NCBI RefSeq assembly: GCF_006345805.1
Contig: NC_042997.1
Span: forward strand, 167,896,001-167,960,000
DNA: 64,000 nt
Origin: Octopus sinensis
Taxonomy: Eukaryota
Reading direction: 5' to 3'
Shown here: positions 1-15,300 of the stretch, one piece after another
How positions within the stretch are numbered: position 1 is the stretch's first letter
Layout: every line of letters begins with the position of its first letter
Program-made: the position numbers and the translations under genes
The notes under the pieces: model-generated
Seen by the model: the letters and a program-made list of their open reading frames with translations, nothing else
The model's database searches: none
What the model was told of the DNA's origin: nothing

Positions 1-88
1 ACCATCATCTCTAAAATAACTGAATGTGAGATGTGAATGGAATATTGTTTATAAGTAAAGCTTTATCATGTGATATGTTTCTGTGAAG

Positions 89-227
89 GTAATTGAGAAA
101 TACCTGGCTGATTACAATTTGATGAGTAAAACTCCAATGGATCTGGTCATGTTTCATTTGGCTGTTGAGCACATTACAAGGATCAACAGAGTTTTGAAGC
201 AACCCAACGGTCACTGTTTACTCATTG
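89..227 (+). CDS. DNAH3: DNAH3-like exon 1 in window (AAA4 start)
   Basis: ag|[10 protein letters not shown]...GHCLLI|gtgagt, ends in phase 1. Confidence 0.9.
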
Positions 228-3200
228 GTGAGTATATAGTTTATGGTTCACTCAATAATTTTAATCATAACAACAAGAGCATGACAGACATGTGGCTCAT
301 TAATGACACAGGTGTAATTCATTGAAAGCAGATTTAAAGAAGCAAATCTCATATCTAATGGGAAATTGTTGGGAGTAAGTGCTGGGGAACAACTGCCCAA
401 TAACAGTTGAGACAAATGAAAATATATCACTTAAAGATCAAACTTTTGAATGACTATCAGATGTGATTCAATATCACCTGTTTATGGCAAACATTTGTAA
501 CTAATTAATGGCAAAGTAATAACTCATCAATTATCAAAATAAAAGTAAGCAGATTCAGAAACTTTATTCCACAATGTAGATATAAAGTTTACAGCTTTCT
601 TTTAAAAATCTGTTATATAGATTAGAAGTAGTATATTAATTTAAAATAGCCATCTATGCATCATACTCAATCTAGATACATAATTGAAAGGTAAGTTGCT
701 GTTGTATTGATCCAGATATGACATCTTTGTTTAAAAACACCATGTATATCAGAAGGAGACAAATATTGTACCGGCTGTGGCTAACAAGAACACATAATGC
801 ATTTTTCCCAAGTTAGGCCTTATCAGTGATATGTACTCATAGCCAGCCTCATGCCTAAATGAGAAGGCCCAACTAGGTTGAAATACATCTGGCATTCTTG
901 TTAGCCACTGCTGGAACAATTTTCATCTCTTTTCAATATTTTTGTGCTTTCACACATAGCATGTTCATTAGTGATTTTTTTTCTGGATGAATATACAGTA
1001 ACTTGCTTTTAATGATGCGTTTACATTAAGTATGATACGTAGATGGCTAACTTATTTTAGTTTATAAAATTTGGTAATATTACTTAATAACAGTACTGAA
1101 GAAAATTTGACATTTTGCTTTTGCTTTGGTAGGAATTGGTGGAACAGGCAGACAGAGTGCCACACGACTGGCAGCATTCATTGCAGAATTTGAACTTATC
1201 CAAATAGAGATGGGCAAAGATTATTCAACAGCTGAATGGAGAGAAGACCTAATGAAAATTATTCGAAAATCTGGTGAAGATAGTACTCCACTTGTCTTCT
1301 TTTTGGGAGATTATCAGATCAAGGTAAGCAAGCATCAAGATACCTTTCCACTAACATTGGAACATCATCTGTCCAGTGTTCTGACTAGTGGCATGTGGTG
1401 ACTGTTGTATTGGGTGTGCTGTCACACCCAATGCCACCAAATTTCAAGCAGGGGTATAACAAAAGTTTTCCATTAAGATTAATGAGTGAGGTTTATCATC
1501 ATTGTTTAAAGTCCGTTTTCCATGCTAGCATGGGTTGGACGATTTGACTGAGGACTGGTGAACCAGATGGCTACACCAGACTTCAATCTGATCTGGCAGA
1601 GTTTCTACAGCTGGATGCCCTTCCTAATGCCAACCACTCCGAGAGTGTAGTGGGTGCTTTTACGTGCCACCGGCACAAGGGCCAGTCAGGCGGTACTGGC
1701 AATGGCCATGCTCGAATGGTGCTTTTTATGTGCTACCTGCACAGGAGCCAGTCCAGCAGCACTGGCAACAACCTCGCTTGAATGTTTTTTTTTCACATGC
1801 CACCAGCTCAAGTGCTAGTAAGGCAATGCAGGTAATGATCACATTCAAATGGTGTTTTTAACATGCCATTTGCCATTTTTTATGGGTGTGCAGTGTACAC
1901 CTAGTACACCCAGAATATATGCCTCTGGTTCTAACATCTTTCTAATGTTGAATAATCTTTTTGGTGACACGTTATTGTTTTTATCGAAAATCTCTTTGGC
2001 TTCTTAACAAAATCATTGGTATTTAAAATCCATTGATGTTTATTAAATATTTCCTATTCATACCTCCCTCTTGACATATCAGTTTTATTAACAAATTATT
2101 AATGTTGACAACTATTTGTTGTTGACAACTTCCTTGTATTGACATCTTATCCATGTTGATATGTCACTGATTTTTGCAAACTACTAATATTAGCCGTTGT
2201 GTCTGGGGAGAGTCATTTTCTTTTTGTGCCTTTTTACGTAACACACTCACTGGTAAAATTTCCACTTATTTCTTATTTTTATTTTCCTAAAATTTTCATT
2301 GCGTCTTGCAACCTTTTCAATAGTTTTGACTATTCAGGAAAATAAAAATAAGAAATAAGTGGAAATTTTACCGGTGAGTGTGTTATATTATAAGGCACAA
2401 AAAGAAAATTACTCTCCCCAGACACAACAGAATATGCTTCAACACACGAACTCACATAAAGAATCTTGTAAACCAAATCCAAAAACGAAACTAATATTAG
2501 TATTATATTGATATTAAGAGATTACTTTGTCAACACTACACTGTTGCTAGAATCTTTATAGTGACAGACTCCAAATCCTTTGATACTCTTTCACATTGTC
2601 TGCTGTAGTGATTGGTTTTCATGAATGCTTAAATTTCACTGATATCGTTTCTCCATTGATGTTAACACCTTGTTATTTGCTTTGTTTCTCACTTTCTATG
2701 TTTAATCTAACCTGGATAGCTGAGATAAGCTTTATTTAATATCTACTAAAGAGCTACAGAATCAACAGGTGTGAGGAGAGAAGGAAAGACTGAGCCTCAT
2801 AAATTATAAGATGGTTAGATCACTACTGAAGACTTTGACTTCCAGCATTATATCTAGGGGAGATTAGTGATGTAGTCCCTCTCCTCAAGAGCTATATTTT
2901 GGTGGTGGTGGGGGGGAGAGATATTTTGAAGTCAATCAGAAGAAAGAAACAGATAAGTACAGAACAAATAATGGTAATGAAACATACAAATAAATTTACA
3001 AACAAAAGTATTGAACTTAAAAGAGACTAACAATTACCCATGTCAAAAGGTCAAATAACAACTATTCAGTAACCTATATGTCCAAAAGTTCAGCATCAAC
3101 AAAATAAGCAAAAAAAAAAGAAAGAAAAGATGCAAAAATCCTCTGAAGACCTTAAAAATCTGCAACTAATTCTGGGTAGTCACAGAAAAGCCATGAATAT

Positions 3201-6200
3201 TTTGAATATTTTGACACATCAAGCAATAAATAAACAGTGAATATAAAAATTTCGGTGTGGTACAAAATGACTCTTCTGCAATTTAAGATCTATAAATTTA
3301 TTAGGAATACCAAAAAGTAATGCTGTATTTCCAAGCTATTAGTCTGATGTTATGCAACAAATAGTTTACAATTCAATAAAAAATTTCCTTGCCATCAACC
3401 AATGAGCATAGAGTTAGTGACCATATGTTAACAGGGACACACTGTATGTGTGTATGCTCTATTGGATATCCCATGGAAGATAAGGACTTAATGAGCTGCA
3501 TATTTGATATTGCATGCTTTGTGAAATTCGTAAAGGCAACAATGCAATACATACAAGGGAAAACATATGTCCTGATGGTGTGAGTGTTTGAAAATTCCAA
3601 AGGTAGTTTAACAAATTAAAAAATAGTGATTTTGATCTTTTAAACGGACAACATCAATAATCTTTTCTACTCTAGACACAAGGCCCGAAATTTTGGGGGA
3701 GTGGGGCAGTAGATTAGATCGACTCCAGTACGCAACTGGTACTTAATTTATTGACCCCGAAAGGATGAAAGGCAAAGTCAACCTCGGCAGAATTGGACAA
3801 CATCAATAATGGCACAGGGAAAACAGCAATTGAAGCAGATCTACATCAAAGTATCAGAGGGTTATCCCAGAGGCTTGATAAACCTTGGTCCTCTGTGCAA
3901 GACCATTTCAAACAGATTGAGAAAGTATATAAAGAAGTGGGTACCTCATCCTGCAACCTGATAACACAAGGCCGCATTCAATAAAGAACACCCAAGGAAA
4001 GATAAGGGAGCTCTACCTCATCCTTTCACCAGACCCAGCACCCTCAGATTATTGCTTATTCAGGGGTCACTTGAACACTTTACAAGGGTTAAAGCATTTA
4101 GAAGCAGAGACAATTTCGAAATTGCTTTTCAAAAATTTTAAGTCTTCTAAAGATCCTGATTATTTTTGCCTGAAGAATCCATAAACAGGTTTCATGATGG
4201 AAAAGAGCTATTGCTAATCATCATCATCATCATCATCATTTAACGTCCACTTTCCATGCTAGCATAGGTTGGGCGATTTGACTGAGGTCTGGCAAACTAG
4301 ATGGCTGCACTAGACTCCAATCTGATCTGGCAGAGTTTCTACAGCTTGATGCCCTTCCTAACGCCAACCACTTCAAGAGTGTAGTGGGTGCTTTTACATG
4401 CCACTGGCACGAGGGCCAGTCAGGCGGTACTGGCAATGGCCACACTCAAATGGTGCTTTTTATGTGCCACCTGCACAGGAGCCAGTCTAGCGGTACTGGC
4501 AACAACCTCGCTCAAATGTTTTTTCACATGCCACCAGCACAAGTGCCAGTAAGGCGATGCAAGTAACAATCATGCTTAAATGGTGCTTTTTACATACCAC
4601 CAGCACAGAGGCTAGTTTGATGGTGATTATATTTTGAATAAAAATACATTTATGATATATGTTCTATGTTGATTTGTACTTATTACATTAAATGCAACAC
4701 TACTTTTCAATATTTTCAATATAAATTTTTTGAAAATTTAAACATTAAACTTAGTGAAATGATCTTTTATAATTTATAAACCAAACAGGATCCATCATTT
4801 CTGGAAGACATTAATATGTTGCTGAATACTGGTGATATTCCTAACCTTTATGATAATGAACAACGACTGGAAATTATTGAAAAGGTAAGATTACTACCCT
4901 CACTACCACTAATACCACCATCACACCTACTACTGTTGTACAAGAATCAAATAGTGGTCTGACTTGCTAGAGATAGCAGCCAAATGCCCCTCAAATCACA
5001 CCCTACAGTGTTAAATAAAGAAAGGACATATTGGGTATTACAATTTTATATATCCCTATTGACAGGATTATCTTAGCTGGAATGCTTTTGACGATAGGTC
5101 TGCTCTGTAAGTGATGACCCAAGGCTGAAGAACCACACCACTGCCTACATGATTACAGTCAGAACAACCAGTGTTTGCCACTGCTACTACCACCACAACT
5201 ACCATTGTTACTACCATCGCCATTTATGTCATCTCCACCATCCTCCAACCAGTGCTACCATCACCACTACATCTCCCACTAAAATATTTTGAAAGTTATG
5301 CTTTGCTGAAGAGAGCAAAATAATGCTGAAACATTCCCAGAATTATTTCCCATACTTACCAAAAGAATGAAAAGTGTTAGTCATTAGCTTTTATTAGTTT
5401 CCATCTCACTGCATATATCTAGTTTTTTGGAGGGTGGGTGTGTTTTACTGCTTCTTTAACTGGATTAGCACTAACTTACTTATGGATAATATAGTCCTAG
5501 ATACACTTTGCCTTAAAAAAAACATAAAAAAAAGATGTTTGGATAGCCTTTGTTTATAGAGTTTCTCTTTCAGGATAAGCCTAGGGCTAAACAGCAACAT
5601 CAGTAACATAATAACATGACCTCCTTATTCCATCAATGAGTTATGTGTTCACTTATTGGTCTCTTTCTTATTTCCCTTTTATATAAGCACAAGTTCAGTT
5701 TAATTGATTGTAAGGTTTTCACTGTGTAGAAGATTATTAATTTTTTATTAAATGTTATCCATTGCTTCATTGTGGTCTTTGTCTAGATGCAACAGCTGAC
5801 ACTTCAAGAGAATATAACCATTGAATTTACTTCCTTGAATATGTTCAACAAATTTATTGAGCGCGTTCGTCAAAATCTGCATATTGTGTTAGCCTTCAGC
5901 CCAATTGGAGAAGCATTTCGCAACAGACTCAGAATGTACCCTTCGCTTATCAACTGCTGCACAATAGATTGGTTTGAGGTAATTATCTCTCACTGTGTGT
6001 CTCTCTCTTTTTCTCTTCTGGTATCCCTCTGCATATTTCATACACATACAAACACTCTTACTTACACATGCATCATCATAAGCATCATCATCATCATCGT
6101 TTAACGTCCGCTTTCCATGCTGGCATGGGTTGGACAGTTTGACTGAGGACTGGTGAGCCAGAGGCTGCACCAGGCTCAATCTGGTCTGGCAAAATTTCTA

Positions 6201-9200
6201 CAGCTAGATGCCCTTCCTAATGCCAACCACTCCAAGAGTGTAGTGGGTGCTTTTTACATGCCACCAGTATGAGGTCCAGTCAGGCAGTTCTGGCAACGAC
6301 CACACTCATGCTCAAAAGGTATTTTTACATGCTACCTGCACGGGAGCCAGTCCAATGGTACTGGCAACAACCATGCTCGAATGCTGTTTTTCACATGCCA
6401 CCGGCACATGTGCCAGTAAGGTGACACTGGCTACAATCATGCTTGAATGGTGCTTTTCACGTGTCACCAGGACAGGAGCCAATCCGGGGCCCTGGCAATG
6501 GTCATGCTCGGATGTGCTTTTAAAGTTTCCACTAGTATGAGTGCCAATCAGGCAGTACTCTCATTGGCCACATCAGCAATTTTGATTTTGATTTCACTTG
6601 CCTCTGTAGGTCTTTTATCTTTTACTTTTATCTTTTACTTGCCCTGAAGGAGTTAGTCAAATGAACTGACCCCAGTACCTATTATTTTTAAGTCTGGTAC
6701 TTATTTTGTCGGTCTCTTGCTGAATTGCTAAATTACAGGGATGTAAGCAAACCAACACCAACTGATAATGGTAATAGGGGTGGGGCAAAGATACAGACAA
6801 CACACATGAAAATACATATATATACAAGGTATGTAAGGTATTTGAGGACATACATTTTTTTGGTCATTGCTGCATTTTTTGCTAACTCTGTATAATCTTT
6901 GTTTCAGAAAATAATAATAGCAGACCGTCAGCTTACTCTAGAAATGAAGAGGCATGCTGTTAATGTGGTTATAAAGGCTGAGCATAGCGATTTAGAAATA
7001 TCTCGATTTTTAAAAGTTGCCAGATCTTTCATCTACAAAGTTTGTAAGGAGCTTGAGACTGAAGATAGAGATGTATCACTAGTATCAAAGTATAAAAAGC
7101 ATTCTAAATGTTCTGAAATCATCAGAACACCTGAATTTATCCAGCAAGTTCAATGGTCTATTGATTACAATCCCAGAAAGTCCATGAGGTCAATTGCAAA
7201 AGATCTCCATGTGTCAGAAGGAACAGTTAGTAATGTTGTCCATGAAGACATCAGATATAGGTCTTATATGATGAAGAAAGGTCAATTTGTCAGAAAAAGC
7301 AAAAGAAAATCACTACATCAGATCTAGAAGTCTCTTAAACAAACTGAAAAATCCAGCAGAAGAAAATTTGATTTGGTTTTTCTCAAATGAGAAAAACTTC
7401 GACCAAGATCAAAAAGTTAACAAAAAAATGACAGATGGTTATGTGCAGACCCTTCTGAAGTTCTAAGTGTTATGCATACAAACTTTTCTGTAACTGTCAA
7501 GGTTTTATGGGTTGTCAGCAATGAAGGACTTGATGCCTCGTTACTTCTTTCCATAAGGCTTTAGAGTTAACTCTGCCACCTACATTGAGGTCCTGGAAAT
7601 AATTGATAAGCCCTGGATAGATAGTGTATGCAATGGAAGGTCATATGTGTTTCATTATGACTATGCACTATCACACATGGATGACAGAAAATTTTCATGA
7701 TCACATAACCCCTAACATTTGGCCTCCTAATTCCCAAGATCTCAATCCATTGGACTATTACATGTGGAGTGTTGTTGAGAGAGAGGTCAATGAAAATGTC
7801 CATAACACCAAAGATTCTTTGAAAGTTGCCATAGTCAAATTGATGTCCAAAATGAACCAGGACCACTTGATTTGAGCATGTAGATGATTTATATCTCATA
7901 TAGAAGCAGTTGTTGAAGCTGAAGCTGGCAGAATCATTGACTTGCCGGGCGAAATGCTCTGAGCTCAAATTCTGCTGAGATCGACTTTGCCTTTCATCTT
8001 TTCAGGATCGATAATTTAAGTACCAGTTGTGTACTAGGGTCAATCTAATCGACTGGCCCCCTCCCACCAAATTTCAGGCCTTGTGCCTATAGTAGAAAGG
8101 ATTATTATTATTGTTGTTATTATTATTATTATTATCATCATCATCATCATTCTTATCCTGTTTTTGTTTCTGCTTTTTTTGTTTTTTAAACCCAAACCCT
8201 TTTTCAGCAATGGCCAGATGATGCCTTACAACTGGTTGCTAACAAATTACTAGATGATGTGGAGATGCATGAAGATTTGAGACAACAATCAGTTGAGATG
8301 TGCAAACACTTCCACATCAGTGTGAGAGCACTAACGACAAAGTAAGTAAATCACATGTTATCTGTCTCCTTTTCTTTTATGCCACATTAGATAACATATC
8401 ACCAGATGATGAAGGATAGTTTGAAACTGAGATTAACTTCAGATAAGATGTTACTTCTGCCTTCAGGGTTCACTCTCACACTTTGTTATCACTATCTCTC
8501 TTTCCAGTTCTACAACGAGAAATACTGTTGAGTGGGGTTCTAATATTTTCTTGTTGTTAGAAGATGAGATGGGTAAGGCAGCAAGCTGGCAGGATTTTAC
8601 AACATCCGAAAAATGTCTGGCAGTAATTCTTCTGACTCTTTACATTTCTGAGTTCAACTCCCACCTAGCTCAGTTTTTCCTTTAATCCCTTCAGAGTTTA
8701 ATAAAATAAAGTAGCAGTTCTCATTTTTTTAAAAATATATTTTCATATACATAGGCACAGGAGTGGCTGTGTGGTAAGTAACTTGCTTATCAACCACATG
8801 GTTCTGGGTTCAGTCCCACTGCGTGGCACCTTGGGCGAGTGTCTTCTACTATAGCCTCGGGCCGACCAAAGCCTTGTGAGTGGATTTAGTAGACGGAAAC
8901 TGAAAGAAGCCCGTCGTATATATGTATATGTATATATATATATGTGTGTGTGTGTTTGTGTGTCTGTGTTTGTCCCCTCAACATCGCTTGACAACCAATG
9001 GTTGTGTTTATGTCCCTGTAATCTAGCGGTTCAGCAAAAGAGACCGATAGAATAAAGTACTAGACTTACAAAGAATAAGTCCTGGGGTCGATTTGTTCAA
9101 GTAAAAGCAGTGCTCCAGCATGGCCACAGTCAAATGACTGAAACAAGTAAAAGAGAATACATAAGAATTTTTTAGTTGAAAAATATTTTGCTTCATTTAT

Positions 9201-9255
9201 GCTGCATTTATTTAGAATATGTTGCCTATTTAATGAATACATACACAAACACACA

Positions 9256-9316
<61 letters not shown>

Positions 9317-12300
9317 ATGCATACATAGATACATATGTGTGTGTGTATGTGCATGTACAAATATGCATGTATGTGTGTGTAAGTCTGTGTGTATGCATGT
9401 CTCTATCTTTATGAATTATTCATCTCCCACATGGGTTTATAGAAATACATAAGAAAAGGAGAATGTGTGATCAAGTTCAGCTTTAGGTACTCATGAGCCT
9501 AGGTGTTGTGCCAAAGAAGTGGCCCATAGGCTTCCTGGCTCTCATAACACCAAGATGGTACTATGTGTAGTGCCTTTCTCAGTCGCTTCATTGCCATAAG
9601 TTTAATAAGAAGTTTGAACAGAGAATCAAAGCCAAATCATAGTTCAGTCTTCCTCTTCTTCCACCTTCCCTCAACCAGGGGCCTACCTCTACACCACAGA
9701 GACAATATTCACTGTAATAATGACAAATCTAATTTCTTTCCTAGGTACTATGAAGCTCTCAACCATCAGAATTATGTGACACCAACATCTTATCTGGAAT
9801 TAATTCGGACATTTAAGACACTCCTTAGTCAGAAAAGAATGGAAATTCTGACACTAAAGAACCGATATGTTGTTGGATTGGAGAAACTGGAATTTTCAAA
9901 GTTTCAGGTTTGGTCAAACAACAATATTCTTTGAGTTCCACAATGCCTAAATTGTCAAAATTGGTAAAAAAAAATAGTTATCATTTCACTTTGCAATATA
10001 TAAATGCACAAACACAATCAGTGAATAAATCAATAAGCTCAACTAGTTCATATTGTTACTCTTACTGTTCTGTGTCCATGGTAAAGACCCTTAAGTTTTA
10101 CTGACTTAGTCCATCTCATCATAAATATATGGTATGGGAAGTTACAGACTACCTTGGTACTATGTTTTCTAAATATTAAACTTAGCCATAAATATGTTGT
10201 TGGTTATGTCACTGCTGTTTTGCTTCTGGTCAAGCCTGGCAGAGAAGATTCACAAGCAAAAGCACTTCAACCAGTTATTCTTCTTTCAAGGGATATATAG
10301 GACTACATCATTGAATACCTTTCATTTTTAGTTTGATAATATGAGTTTTGAAAGATATTTGGCTACTATCTCTAAGAAGTAAAATGACTATGTATGGTCT
10401 CCTCCAGGGAATATATCAATGTATATTCTACTTATCTGTAAGAAATGAGATCAAATTCATCCCACATAACAGTAAATAAGTACCATGAAGTAATTGTAAA
10501 ATAGACTCTATAAAAAGGCTCAATGTACATAACTGTAAATGGGTAGTATAAGCATTAATTATATCATATTTAACCAGCCTAGCTATATATAGGTACCACA
10601 AATAAATGGACACCATGGTTATGTGCAGTCACTCTAACTCATAACTAGACACCATAAGAAGATACAGTCCATCAAGGTGTAACTAAGAACTACATGACAT
10701 AACTATAGGTTTGAAGAATGTATAACTCTCAGCAGAAATTCTCTTATGAATAATAGTTTAGAGCATGATGTACTTGTCCAATATGTCTTGTTTTAGTCAC
10801 TGAAGACAATGCTGGAGATCTATAAGTGGTATATTGCCTAGGGTGTCTTATGGCCCCAAGGAGCATGGTATTCAATGTTTACATAAATATACAATAATTG
10901 TTGATTATTTGGTTGTGTTGATTTCCAAAACAGACATAAATATTTTTGAAATGAACATCAATTTAATCAGTTTCTGAAAGATTCCTGGTGGAAGACTTGA
11001 AATTTAGTGAAGGGATATAGTTATTTATATCAACTACTACACTGGTCCTTTATTTTATTTACCCCGAAAAGATTAAAGAGTGAAGTGAGCCCTGATGAGA
11101 TATGAACTCAGAATGTTAAGAGATGTACCTAATTATTGCAAGGCATTTTGTTTGATAGTCTACCAATACTATTACCAATTCAGTAATATTAATAATCATT
11201 TCCATTTATCATCATCATCACCACCACCACCAATAACATTGCTACCATCATCCCTATTGCCACTATCAACCGTTATCATCATCATTATTATCACCATCAT
11301 TAAGATGGTGGGTGGGTAGAATTGTTAGCACACTAGGCAAAATGCTTAGCAGTGTTTTGTCCATCTTTGTGTTCTGAGTTCAAATTCTGCCAAAGTCATC
11401 TTTGCTTTTCATCCTTTCAGGGTCAATGAAATAAGTACCAGTTGCTGACTAGGGTTGATATAATCGACAATCCTCCCTACTCACCCAAAATTTCAAGCCT
11501 TGTACCAATGATAGAAAGGATTATCATTACCATCATCATTATCATTGTCATCATCGCTTTCCATTCACACAGTAATTTTATTTATGATTTTTATAGATCA
11601 ACATCATGCAGAAAGAGCTGTTTGCTCTCCAGCCACAGCTACTAGAAACTAGCAAGGAGACAGTGGAGCTGATAAAAACCATAGAGAAGGAGAGGCATGA
11701 GGTGGAAGCTGCTAAACAACTTGTAGAGCAAGATGAAGCTGTTGCTAACAAAGCAGCTACGGAAGCACAGTCTATCAAGGTTAGATGACAGTCATGATAA
11801 TGATGGTTAGATGGCAATTATGCCGACCATTGACATTCTGTTACTCTGGGGGTCTCTCACACTTTAAATGTTCATAAGCTGTGACCTTTAGCACTTTGAA
11901 TTTCCTTGACATATTACCTTTGGCTTTTTTGATTTTAGAGACATATTACTTTTTCCAATAGTTCAATGATGTATAACCCCTGGCAGTGGCATAGCTATAT
12001 TGCATACCACTTAAGACAGCCTTTTGGATTTTTACCTCAATCCCCACTCTGCCAAGATCCCAAGCTGTACTAGCTTATACAGCAAACTAAAATGTGCCAC
12101 CCCCTCACAAAAGTATCATTCAGGGTGGACCATCCCCATGCCCATCTAGTTTCACTATTGATCTCTGACTCATTGAATTCTTTTGACATCCAATCTCTTG
12201 ATTGAGCTTTAGTTATATTTGATAGTATCATTGACATATAACTTCTGAACCTTTAGTTTTCCCTTACATAATCTTTTAATATTTTACTGGGGCATCACCT

Positions 12301-15300
12301 TGAAGGGTTTAGGTCGAACAAATCGACCCCAGGACTTATTTTTTAAAGCTTTGTACTTATTCTAGCACTCTTTTGCCAAACTAGTAAGTTACAAAGACAT
12401 TAACATACCAACATCAGTCAAGCAGTGGTAGGGGACAAACAAAGACATTCACACATAGATATATACATATATATATATGCATATATACATACATGTGCAT
12501 GTGTGTGTACACATATATGGTAGGCTTCTTTCCTTTTCCTTCTACCATACCCACTCACAAGACTTTGGTCGACCTGAGGCTACAGTAGAAGACACTTGCC
12601 CAAGATGAGATGCAGTGGGACTGAACCCAGAATCATGTGGTTGGGTAGCAAGCTTCTTACCACACAGCCATGCTTGTGCCTTCATATGGCCTTATTACTA
12701 AATTTTATTCATGTATAAAAATTTGTATTTTTAAATCTCTACTAACAAATAATGCCAAGCATTATTCAGTTCTCCTATATGTCAATCATTACTCATTTCT
12801 CTTCCACTTGCTAATTATAAAAATTTTTGAAGTTTTAAAAATATTTATGATGAGGTAAAATTATATCCTAAATCTTATTTTTCTGCAGAATGAATGTGAA
12901 GAAAAGCTGAAGCTAGCCATGCCTGCCTTTAACACTGCTGTTGCAGCACTACATACACTGAAACAAAATGATATCACTATTGTGAAAGCAATGACAAACC
13001 CACCTCAAGGAGTAAAACTGGTGATGGCAGCAGTGTGCACAATGAAGGTAATATAGATACAATGTAGGACGTATTCTATAATTTAGATGCATGCAGAACC
13101 TATAAGAAGATGGTATTAGCCAGTTCAAAAGGCGGCGAGCTGGCAGAAACGTTAACATGCCGGGCGAAATGCTTAGCGGTATTTCGTCTGCCGTTACGTT
13201 GTGAGTTCAAATTCCGCCGAGGTCGACTTGGCCTTTCATCCTTTCGGGGTCGATAAATTAAGTACCAGTTTCGCACTGGGGTCGATGTAATCGATTTAAT
13301 ACCTATGTCTGTCCCCTCTGTGTTTAGCCCCTTGTGGGTAATAAAGAAATAGGTATTAGCCAGTTCATCAGTCCAAAGTTTAGAGTCAAAAAGGAATCCA
13401 CGATTATCTGACAAGTTCCAACCTTCTGCAACAAGAAAAAATTTACAGAGCCCTTGAACTTTACCATCCCTAATCCTATGACTGTCTAATGCCACCTTAC
13501 AAAATTTCGCTCCAGAGTTCCTGGGTGCATGATATAATGGTTCTTATTGTTAGGCATTTGGTATATGACATGATTACTACTGGTATTTCTTTGCTTGGGT
13601 ATATTGTAAATTAAATAATATAGTTGGATGTTTGTGATTATACATGATTACATGTTGTTGATGACAATCTATGTTTATAGCTAAGTTGTAATCTATTTGG
13701 GGGGTCAAATCCTTTAAAAAAAAAAAAGAAATGTCACAAAATCATGATGTATTCTTCTGTAATCATGTGGTCATAAACACAAGAATCTTAGAACCAAATA
13801 TTTCAAATTTCTTCCTTAGGGAATCAAGCCTGATAAGAAAACAGACCAGAATGGTAAAATAGTAGAAGATTACTGGGCTGCATCAAAGAAGGTCAGTTGT
13901 TATGGTTGTTGTTATATATTTTTGTTGTTGAAAATATTGATGCAGATTGTGTTGATGGTATCATCATGATTATTGTTAGAACCCTATCTACATGTTGTAA
14001 CTACTCTAGTTACATGAAGTTGCATGATTTTGCAACTTTTGCTACTTCTAAACACTGTTATTGGGTATTATCTCCATCTCCTAAGTTGTAATCCAGTTCT
14101 TTCCACTACAAATTCTTTCTTTCTCTCAGATGCTTAGTGACATGAAATTCTTGGATTCACTGAGAGACTATGACAAAGACAACATTCCTCCAGCAATAAT
14201 TAACAAGATCCGTGAGAAGTATATCTCTAACAAAGAATTTGATCCTTCAATAATCAAAAATGTCTCCTCTGCCTGTGAAGGTTTGTGTAAGTGGGTGAAG
14301 GCAATCGATGTTTACGACAGTGTCATTAAGGTCAGTAAAAGCAAAATTATTTTACAATTTGTATTTTACACACAATATATTTCACTCTAAAAATCAACTG
14401 TAACCATTATCTCCGTATTTAAGTATATATTTAGATAAATTATTGGGTTGTCAGTTAAATTTGTTTGTGGAGCTGAAAAGGTAGTTTGATGAATTCTTTA
14501 AGTGAAGATCTGATAATTTCTACTGTCAAAAAAGGCATAGACAATCTAGTGGAATGCTGGCAACAAAATTGTTAACAATGGCACAGGAGTGGCTGTGTGG
14601 TAAGTAGCTTGCTTACCAACTGCATGGTTCCAGGTTCAGTCCCACTGCATGGCACCTTGGGTAAGTGTCTTCTACTAGAGCCTCGGGTCGACCAAAGCCT
14701 TGTGAGTGGATTTTGGTAGACAGAAACTAAAAGAAGCCCGTCGTAAATATGTATTTATATATATGTGTGCATGTGTATATGTTTGTGTGTCTGTGTTTGT
14801 CCCCCCAACATTGCTTGACAACCAATGCTGGTGTGTTTACATCCCCATAACTTAGCGGTTTGGCAAAAGAGACCAATAGAATAAGTACTAGGCTTACAAA
14901 GAATAAGTCCTGGGGTCGATTTTCTCGACTAAAAGGCAGTGCTCCAGCATGGTTGCAGTCAAGTGACTGAAACAAGTAAAAAAAAAAATTAATGGAGATG
15001 AATATATCATTGATTGATTTGCTAAAACCATTGATGAAAAATAAAGATTAAATAAATAGAAAAACAACAAATTTATCTGACAACCCAATAATTCAATTAT
15101 TTATAACATACATATATTTATCCTGTGCAACAAAAGAAGCAAAGTGTTTAATAATGTTCATTCAATAAGCAATCTCTGAGAAGCACAGGAAGAAATGAAG
15201 CTAGCAAACTCTGCTGGGTATATAATACTAGTGTGCATAAAAACTGAACATATGAGTAATCAAATATATTGGGCCATCCCATAAATGATGCAACTGAAGA

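Noticed and set aside
8754-8830. tRNA genes
   Set aside because: A and B boxes are present but run into SINE bodies; no complete cloverleaf was found.
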